Source: a virus. From it: a stretch of DNA of 5,099 nucleotides. Position 1 is the stretch's first letter, and the number at the start of each line of letters is the position of its first letter. Below are positions 1 through 4,169 of this stretch, one piece after another. The position numbers and the translations under genes are program-made. The notes under the pieces are model-generated. The model saw only the letters and a list, made by a program, of their open reading frames with translations. It did no database searches and was not told where the DNA came from. The DNA lies in the IMG/VR virus record IMGVR_UViG_3300020041_000213, positions 1 through 5,099 of that record. One strand, 5' to 3'.

Positions 1-18
1 GCCGTGACGGCGGGAGCC

Positions 19-50
19 GGTGGGCGTGCGTGTAATACGCCCACCTTTTT
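19..50 (+). promoter_or_regulatory. GC-rich hairpin plus T5 tract; candidate plus-strand origin (nick-site) hairpin and/or intrinsic terminator
   Basis: GGTGGGCGT (19-27) pairs perfectly with ACGCCCACC (37-45). The 9-nt loop is GCGTGTAAT (28-36), and TTTTT follows at 46-50. It lies in the non-coding region just upstream of the Rep promoter. A second copy is at 4997-5028. Confidence 0.5.
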
Positions 51-61
51 GCAATTTCCTC

Positions 62-90
62 TTGACAGCTCCTTCATATTGTGGTAACTT
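62..90 (+). promoter_or_regulatory. Sigma70-type promoter for the Rep-SSB(-tRNA) transcription unit
   Basis: Perfect -35 TTGACA (62-67), a 17-nt spacer, then an extended -10 TGgTAACTT (82-90). It sits about 15 nt upstream of the Rep ribosome-binding motif. A second copy is at 5040-5068. Confidence 0.6.
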
Positions 91-122
91 TTAGCCATGG
101 AAATGAAAGGTGGTTTTCTCAC

Positions 123-1259
123 ATGAAAACGGTTGTTAAGCTTGACTATGCTACGTTTGCTTTTGAGCAAGGTTCGATTTCTATTTCTATCATCGAAGAT
201 GCGCTTGCTCAGTGCGATTTACATTTTTCGCAGATTTCCAACGCAAGTGAGAATTCCCCATACAATTCCCCTGCGGGCCTTTTCTTTAAGCCGAACAATG
301 GCGCGAAACAGTCTCCGCACTCTTTGCAAGTGTCCGGTCATGGTTGTGAGCTTTTCCGCCCCACATTGCCGCGGCTCGCGTCACTGATGCAGGATGGTCA
401 TGAATTCGGTCACTTTTCCCGTCTTGACTTTTGCTTCGACGTTGTTATGTCAAAACAACGGTGGCGCGAGTTCTATCTGGGTGTTATTTCTGCTTCTGTT
501 GATGAAATGAATTACCCTGAAAAAGCCCGTAAGGTTCGGAAGGTCATGTATCAGGGCTATGGCGATGCTACTACCGTCTATATTGGTCGTAGAACGTCCT
601 CCGCGGTCTTCTGCCGCATCTATAATAAATCCCTGCAAGACCCCGAAAAAAAGCTCTGTGTGGCTTCTGGTGAGTTTCTGGACTGTCCTGATGATTCTTA
701 CATCATTCGTTATGAGATGGAATTGAAATATACTTCTCGTGTCCGTTCTGGTTCTCGCTCCGTCTATGACCCGTCTTCGCTTTTCTGGTTTTACTACGAA
801 GACCCTGAGAAGCTTTTCGCCTATCTTCGTAAAGTCTGGAATCGTTACGGAAACGATACTCTTCTTCCCGATGGTTGGGAAGACATGCAGTTCGTGACTG
901 ATATTGCTGCACGTGGCATTCATTACACTGATGACTTTTGGCATCCTCTTAGTGATGACCTTGCTCAGAAGCTTTCCGTCTCTATCCATACTGAGGAACA
1001 AAAAATGTCCTATGTTGCTAACGTCTTTGGGCACCGGATTATTGATATCCTTCTTTATCGTCCTGAGTTGCTTTCCCTCGCTTGTTGCAAGTGGGAGCAG
1101 TTCTATAATGAGCGTCTTCCGTTTTCCCCTCTGGCGCTGACACAGGAAGTTGCTCAGTTCTCGGAATCCTCGCGCATTGCTGTCGAGGAATTCTATGAAC
1201 TCGCTGATGACCCCTCTCCCTTTAGTGATGTCGGGTTTGATGATATATCTTTATTCTAA
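123..1259 (+). CDS. Rolling-circle replication initiator, Rep_trans / RstA-like (378 aa from ATG 123)
   Basis: It is the longest ORF. The motif order fits my recollection of the Rep_trans family (pT181 RepC, CTXphi RstA): KLDYATFAF, then HFSRLDFCFDV, then TVYIGRRTSSAVFCRIYNKSLQ, then IIRYEMELKY. ATG 123 lies 12 nt after AAAGG (106-110). The GTG at 81 in the ORF track lies inside the promoter. Confidence 0.8.
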   Translation: MKTVVKLDYATFAFEQGSISISIIEDALAQCDLHFSQISNASENSPYNSPAGLFFKPNNGAKQSPHSLQVSGHGCELFRPTLPRLASLMQDGHEFGHFSRLDFCFDVVMSKQRWREFYLGVISASVDEMNYPEKARKVRKVMYQGYGDATTVYIGRRTSSAVFCRIYNKSLQDPEKKLCVASGEFLDCPDDSYIIRYEMELKYTSRVRSGSRSVYDPSSLFWFYYEDPEKLFAYLRKVWNRYGNDTLLPDGWEDMQFVTDIAARGIHYTDDFWHPLSDDLAQKLSVSIHTEEQKMSYVANVFGHRIIDILLYRPELLSLACCKWEQFYNERLPFSPLALTQEVAQFSESSRIAVEEFYELADDPSPFSDVGFDDISLF

Positions 1260-1277
1260 TGAAAGGATGGTCGCTCT

Positions 1278-1520
1278 ATGAAAGTTACTGTAGTTGGTAA
1301 GTCCCGCCGCGCTGGTACTTCTAAGCAGGGCAAAGACTACGATTTTACCACTATCATGGCCGAATATTCGATGCGTGCAAACGATGATAATGACGGCGTG
1401 CAGGTTGATAGAATCAATGTCGATGCTCGCATGATGCCGTATGCGCTCTTTGTCGTCGGCACTACGTATGACCTCGACTTCGATCGCAACGGTTATCTTC
1501 TCGGAATTGAGGAAGTCTAA
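1278..1520 (+). CDS. ssDNA-binding protein, Ff gene-V-like (80 aa)
   Basis: Size and position directly after Rep fit gene V. The N-terminal segment RAGTSKQGKDY resembles the RSGVSRQGKPY segment of M13/fd gene V protein as I recall it. AAAGG (1262-1266) lies 11 nt upstream of the ATG. Confidence 0.75.
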   Translation: MKVTVVGKSRRAGTSKQGKDYDFTTIMAEYSMRANDDNDGVQVDRINVDARMMPYALFVVGTTYDLDFDRNGYLLGIEEV

Positions 1521-1556
1521 CTCCCTTTGTTCAAACCTAAATTTCATTTCCTATGG

Positions 1557-1576
1557 GAGAGCGGTTCGCCGCTCTC
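1557..1576 (+). other. Perfect 8-bp stem-loop with TTCG loop, 4 nt upstream of the tRNA 5' end
   Basis: GAGAGCGG (1557-1564), TTCG, CCGCTCTC (1569-1576). No T-tract follows, so it is not a classical terminator. It may be a processing, stability or attenuator element. Confidence 0.6.
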
Positions 1577-1580
1577 ACAT

Positions 1581-1654
1581 GGCGGGTTGGTGTAATGGTA
1601 ACACGCAAGGTTCTGAGCCTTGACTTGGTAGTTCGATTCTATCTCCCGCAACCA
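1581..1654 (+). tRNA. tRNA with anticodon CUG (Gln-type by anticodon), encoded CCA end and initiator-like acceptor stem
   Basis: Hand-folded cloverleaf. Acceptor GGCGGGT/TCCCGCA: 5 G:C pairs, with G1xA72 and U7xU66 mismatches. U8 G9. D stem GTGT/ACAC with loop AATGGTA. Anticodon stem CAAGG/CCTTG with loop TT-CTG-AG (CTG at 1613-1615). 4-nt variable loop. T stem GGTAG/CTATC with canonical loop TTCGATT. A73 and CCA at 1651-1654. Total length 74 nt. Confidence 0.8.
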
Positions 1655-1710
1655 CTGTCGTGATTGACCTCCGACAGGAAAAATGCTTTTGCCGTGAGGG
1701 GGTGCGCGAA

Positions 1711-2850
1711 TTGAAGAAAAAGCAGCTGTGCTTGATGAATCGCTTCGCCGCCCTTGTTGCGGCTCTTATGCTTTGTGCGTCTCTGTGTATGCCTGTTTTC
1801 GCGTCTAATAATGCTTCTACTCGCAAGTGGCGCGTGATTGCCTCTGAACAGCGTACGGGTGAAAATGGTTCTTTGACTACTTATTTTAAGCTTAGTCCGT
1901 ACGAAAATGGCGCTCTGTATCAAGTCCCCTTGTATACTCGTTTTGGTGCTGCCACTAAGACTATTTCTGGTTCTACTCTTTATGATGTTTGGGCCGAACC
2001 TGTAAATTATCCTGATTGGTGGCGTTCTGATATTCCCCTCGGCGCTCGTTCTTATGTCGAAATTTCTAACATTCAGGATTTATCTTATTGGTTTGATGGT
2101 TCAAATTCTCAGACTTCTTTTTCTATTCTGCCTGTTCATCGTGATACTCTGATGCGATTTTCTTTTTCGGCTTATTCTTCTGCATCTTCTTTTTCCGGTG
2201 ACTTGTCTGTTGTTCCTGTTCGTTTCCATCGTTATTTGGGTTCTTTTTCTGATGTCGTTGATGTCGGGTTTTACGGTTATAACTTTGAAAAATCTGATGT
2301 TAATGATAGTTCTTTTTCTGTTATTGGAGCTTTGGAGACACGTCAAAATCTTGTCTATACCCCTATAGACCTTGGTGTTATTGGTACTACTGACTTTGAC
2401 GTTGGTCCTTCTTATCCATTTTATAATTGTTCTTCTTCTGATTTGATTTGGATTGTTCTCCCTCGAAATTTAACTGCTTCTTCTTCGTCTGCGATGTATG
2501 GTTCTTTTGCTCGTGTGCGTTGTACTATTTCTTATTGGGTCGATGCCAATAAGCTTCCTGCTGGTCTTCAAGTTGGTGACGAATTTCCCGCTGATACTGA
2601 CGCTTTCGACCAGCTCCGTGACGACCTCATTAAACAGTTCCCGGAAGCATCTGAAAATATTGAGAACGGTAAAGATACTATTCAGGCCTGGAACGATACG
2701 GAAACGGTCGATACTGACGTTGCATCCACTTCTATTTCGGCGCTTAACGCCTTATTTCAGAATCTCGGCGGTTTCCTTTTCATAGTTTCTCTCATGGTCT
2801 TTGGTGCTGTTGTACTTCGTATGTTGATACGAAAGGCGGTTGACGGATGA
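1711..2850 (+). CDS. Secreted, C-terminally membrane-anchored minor coat / adsorption protein (pIII-like), about 379 aa
   Basis: A Sec-type signal peptide (M)KKKQLCLMNRFAALVAALMLCASLCMPVFA/SNN, a Ser-rich body, and a C-terminal TM GGFLFIVSLMVFGAVVLRMLIRK. TTG 1711 lies 8 nt after GAGGGGG (1696-1702) and supplies a basic n-region. ATG 1735 is the alternative start. The GTG 1660 in the ORF track starts 6 nt after the tRNA and has no RBS. Confidence 0.7.
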   Translation: MKKKQLCLMNRFAALVAALMLCASLCMPVFASNNASTRKWRVIASEQRTGENGSLTTYFKLSPYENGALYQVPLYTRFGAATKTISGSTLYDVWAEPVNYPDWWRSDIPLGARSYVEISNIQDLSYWFDGSNSQTSFSILPVHRDTLMRFSFSAYSSASSFSGDLSVVPVRFHRYLGSFSDVVDVGFYGYNFEKSDVNDSSFSVIGALETRQNLVYTPIDLGVIGTTDFDVGPSYPFYNCSSSDLIWIVLPRNLTASSSSAMYGSFARVRCTISYWVDANKLPAGLQVGDEFPADTDAFDQLRDDLIKQFPEASENIENGKDTIQAWNDTETVDTDVASTSISALNALFQNLGGFLFIVSLMVFGAVVLRMLIRKAVDG

Positions 2851-2978
2851 CTTTTATTGACTTCTTCAAACAAGTCTTTGGCCTGCTCGGTTCCGGTGGT
2901 GCCCTTGTTATCGCTGTTGTTGTCTTCCTCGTTGCCCTCGGTATATATAAGTTTGTAAAGGATTGGTTGCCATGGTAG
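2847..2978 (+). CDS. 43-aa single-pass hydrophobic protein (coat-protein candidate, Pf3-like, no leader)
   Basis: MTFIDFFKQVFGLLGSGGALVIAVVVFLVALGIYKFVKDWLPW. It has an acidic/amphipathic N-terminus, a TM segment and a basic C-terminus. The ATG overlaps the upstream stop (ATGA), and AAAGG (2832-2836) lies 10 nt upstream. It is too short to appear in the ORF track. Confidence 0.6.
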   Translation: MTFIDFFKQVFGLLGSGGALVIAVVVFLVALGIYKFVKDWLPW

Positions 2979-3139
2979 ATTTCGTTTCGACTCTCGGTGT
3001 TGTAACATCGTTTATTGCGAACGTTCTTAACCTTTCTTTTTTCGGTTTCGGGACTTTTGGTAACTTTGTTCTTGTTTGTCTCCTGCTTACGCTTGTTGGT
3101 TTCGTTCTTCGTGGCCTTTGGGATGGGGGTGAAAAATAA
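2972..3139 (+). CDS. 55-aa hydrophobic membrane protein (minor virion/assembly protein candidate)
   Basis: MVDFVSTLGVVTSFIANVLNLSFFGFGTFGNFVLVCLLLTLVGFVLRGLWDGGEK. It starts within the preceding stop region (ATGGTAG overlap), and AAAGG (2957-2961) lies 10 nt upstream. Its stop TAA overlaps the next ATG (TAATG). Confidence 0.55.
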   Translation: MVDFVSTLGVVTSFIANVLNLSFFGFGTFGNFVLVCLLLTLVGFVLRGLWDGGEK

Positions 3140-3753
3140 TGGAAGTTCCTACTATTATTAAAATTTGGGTTGATTCTGACGGCGTGACCGTTTATACAGT
3201 TCAGTATAAGGACGGTAGTACCTGTGACATGACCGTTCAGCAGTATGATTATCTTAAGGCATCTGCCGAAGCTGTTGTAAACCTCGATTCTCAGCAGGAT
3301 GCACAAGATTCCTCTTCTCCTGAAGCTCCTTTTTCTGGTGATCCTGCACAAAATATCACTGAATCTCCCGACCTTCGCGAAGGTTATGTGTCAGAGGAAG
3401 AAGTATTGCCTTTTGAAGGGAGCCTAACCGCTTATGATGACCGCGCCGCAGATACTCCGGCTTTGTATGCTAATCTCCCTAACGTCTCTAATAGTTTCAC
3501 TGCTATTATGGATTGGTTCGGAGACACGTTTTTTATCGAACGCACTGAGACGGTGCACAAGTCCGGTTATACGTCCGAAAGGTATTCCTATAGTGGTTCG
3601 ACTCAACTTATTCAGCTTCCTTATGAGGAAGATTCCACTACTACCTCTCAGGTTCTCAACCCGCAAGCTTGCGTTTCTGCTCTTCTTGTTGTCCTTGTCT
3701 TTGTTACTACTGTTACTTGGATTAAGCACGCGATTTGGGGGCGCATGAGCTGA
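3139..3753 (+). CDS. 204-aa acidic protein with a C-terminal TM anchor and no signal peptide; function unknown (possible second minor coat / host-interaction protein)
   Basis: The composition is protein-like and the C-terminal TM is ACVSALLVVLVFVTTVTWIKHAIWGR. GGGGG (3125-3129) lies 9 nt upstream of the ATG. I recognise no family. Confidence 0.65.
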   Translation: MEVPTIIKIWVDSDGVTVYTVQYKDGSTCDMTVQQYDYLKASAEAVVNLDSQQDAQDSSSPEAPFSGDPAQNITESPDLREGYVSEEEVLPFEGSLTAYDDRAADTPALYANLPNVSNSFTAIMDWFGDTFFIERTETVHKSGYTSERYSYSGSTQLIQLPYEEDSTTTSQVLNPQACVSALLVVLVFVTTVTWIKHAIWGRMS

Positions 3754-3866
3754 TGACTATATTACCCTTGCAGTATTGTCTCGGTATATTCTCCGTCCCC
3801 GAGATTGGCTACTTCATTATCTTCGCCGCTGTCTTCTCTATGTTGGTTCTCCTGCTCCGTCCGTGA
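3753..3866 (+). CDS. 37-aa hydrophobic peptide (pVII/pIX-size minor protein candidate)
   Basis: MTILPLQYCLGIFSVPEIGYFIIFAAVFSMLVLLLRP. The ATG overlaps the preceding stop (TGATG), and GGGGG (3737-3741) lies 11 nt upstream. Confidence 0.45.
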   Translation: MTILPLQYCLGIFSVPEIGYFIIFAAVFSMLVLLLRP

Positions 3867-3966
3867 CAGGTACCATAAATATTTTATGAAAGGATGATGA
3901 CTTCAGACTACGCCTACTTCTATCATTGCTACGCTGCTTTCTCAGGTCGGTGAGTTCTTCACCCAG

Positions 3967-4095
3967 ATGATTACCTGGATGGGTCAGTTGCTGGACTTCT
4001 ATGAGGCTCAGCCGATTCTCCTCGTCTTCGTCCTCATCGCTATTGCCGGCATTGTCCTGCGCGTCCTCCGTCGCTGGATTCCCGGTCGCTCTTAA
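3967..4095 (+). CDS. Major-coat-like small protein. The minimal ATG-initiated form is 42 aa; the frame is open from 3901, with a possible non-AUG (CAG 3904) start giving 63 aa
   Basis: MITWMGQLLDFYEAQPILLVFVLIAIAGIVLRVLRRWIPGRS has acidic residues, a TM segment and four Arg at the C-terminus, which is the classic inovirus coat layout. GGTGAG (3949-3954) lies 12 nt upstream of ATG 3967. A strong terminator follows immediately, as after gene VIII in Ff phages. See the findings for the upstream extension. Confidence 0.6.
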   Translation: MITWMGQLLDFYEAQPILLVFVLIAIAGIVLRVLRRWIPGRS

Positions 4096-4102
4096 GTGCT
4101 GA

Positions 4103-4148
4103 GAGAAAACGCCGCCGACCATTTTTGGTCGGCGACGTTTTCTCGTTT
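4103..4148 (+). terminator. Strong rho-independent terminator after the coat-like gene
   Basis: GAGAAAACGCCGCCGACC (4103-4120) pairs with GGTCGGCGACGTTTTCTC (4127-4144). That is an 18-bp stem with one mismatch (C4112xA4135), loop ATTTTT and a GC-rich core followed by TTTTCTCGTTT. It starts 8 nt after the TAA at 4093-4095. Confidence 0.75.
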
Positions 4149-4169
4149 ATGATGAAAGGTTGTTATGCT

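Larger units (their letters stand above)
1..121. repeat. Left copy of the exact 121-nt terminal direct repeat, i.e. the overlap of a circular molecule
   Basis: Base-by-base comparison shows 1-121 is identical to 4979-5099. The repeat ends exactly at the window edge and cuts through a promoter/leader 2 nt before the Rep ATG. This is typical of a circular contig written with overlap. Unit length is 4978 bp. Confidence 0.9.

Noticed and set aside
17-50. dif-like XerC/D recombination site (GTGCGTGTAA resembles the GTGCGCATAA arm of E. coli dif)
   Set aside because: Only one arm shows partial similarity. There is no recognisable XerD arm (TTATGTTAAAT-like) at the correct 6-nt spacing. This is too weak to call without a search against dif sites of candidate hosts.
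1-121. Terminal repeats as LTR/ITR-type ends of a linear or transposable element
   Set aside because: The repeats are direct, exact and end precisely at the window boundary. They split a promoter/leader unit from its gene. No transposase or target-site duplication is evident. Circular overlap is the simplest reading.
81-122. GTG-81 N-terminal extension of Rep (as given in the ORF track)
   Set aside because: GTG 81 lies inside the promoter spacer/extended -10 region (62-90), upstream of the likely transcription start. ATG 123 has the conserved RBS motif.
531-1259. Internal in-frame start in Rep (ATG 546, with TAAGG 11 nt upstream) as an analogue of Ff gene X
   Set aside because: The spacing fits the genome's RBS pattern. 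However, the motif is weaker, and the product would retain the putative catalytic region, unlike pX. I have no independent support, so this is not reported as a feature.
1581-1654. The tRNA as an attP remnant for integration into a host tRNA gene, or as a stop-codon suppressor for recoding
   Set aside because: The cloverleaf is complete rather than a 3' fragment, and no integrase is encoded. The anticodon CUG pairs with a sense codon. All supported ORFs end at standard stops with no in-frame stops, so there is no sign of an alternative genetic code.
1660-1710. GTG-1660 extension of the pIII-like ORF
   Set aside because: It starts 6 nt after the tRNA CCA with no RBS, and it adds a non-signal-like N-terminus. 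TTG 1711 (or ATG 1735) gives a textbook signal peptide, and GAGGGGG lies 8 nt upstream of 1711.
3894-3953. 19-codon ORF MMTSDYAYFYHCYAAFSGR as a real peptide gene
   Set aside because: Its ATGs are 0 and 3 nt from the RBS-like motif, which is too close. It is short and compositionally odd. It is kept only as a possible partner in a +1 frameshift alternative under the CAG-start finding.
3838-4122. 94-aa minus-strand ORF, which would be the only sizeable antisense gene candidate
   Set aside because: It is exactly antisense to the coat-like gene. Its DEDEDEE-type acidic run is the mirror image of the ctc/gtc/ttc hydrophobic codons. Its ATG (4122-4120) lies in the terminator hairpin loop, and no RBS-like motif precedes it. 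Every supported gene is on the + strand.
4125-4169. TTG-4125 extension of the Zot-like ORF
   Set aside because: TTG 4125 sits in the loop of the terminator hairpin (4103-4144). The conserved AAAGG motif at 4155-4159 points to ATG 4170. ATG 4149 and 4152 remain possible but lack an upstream RBS.
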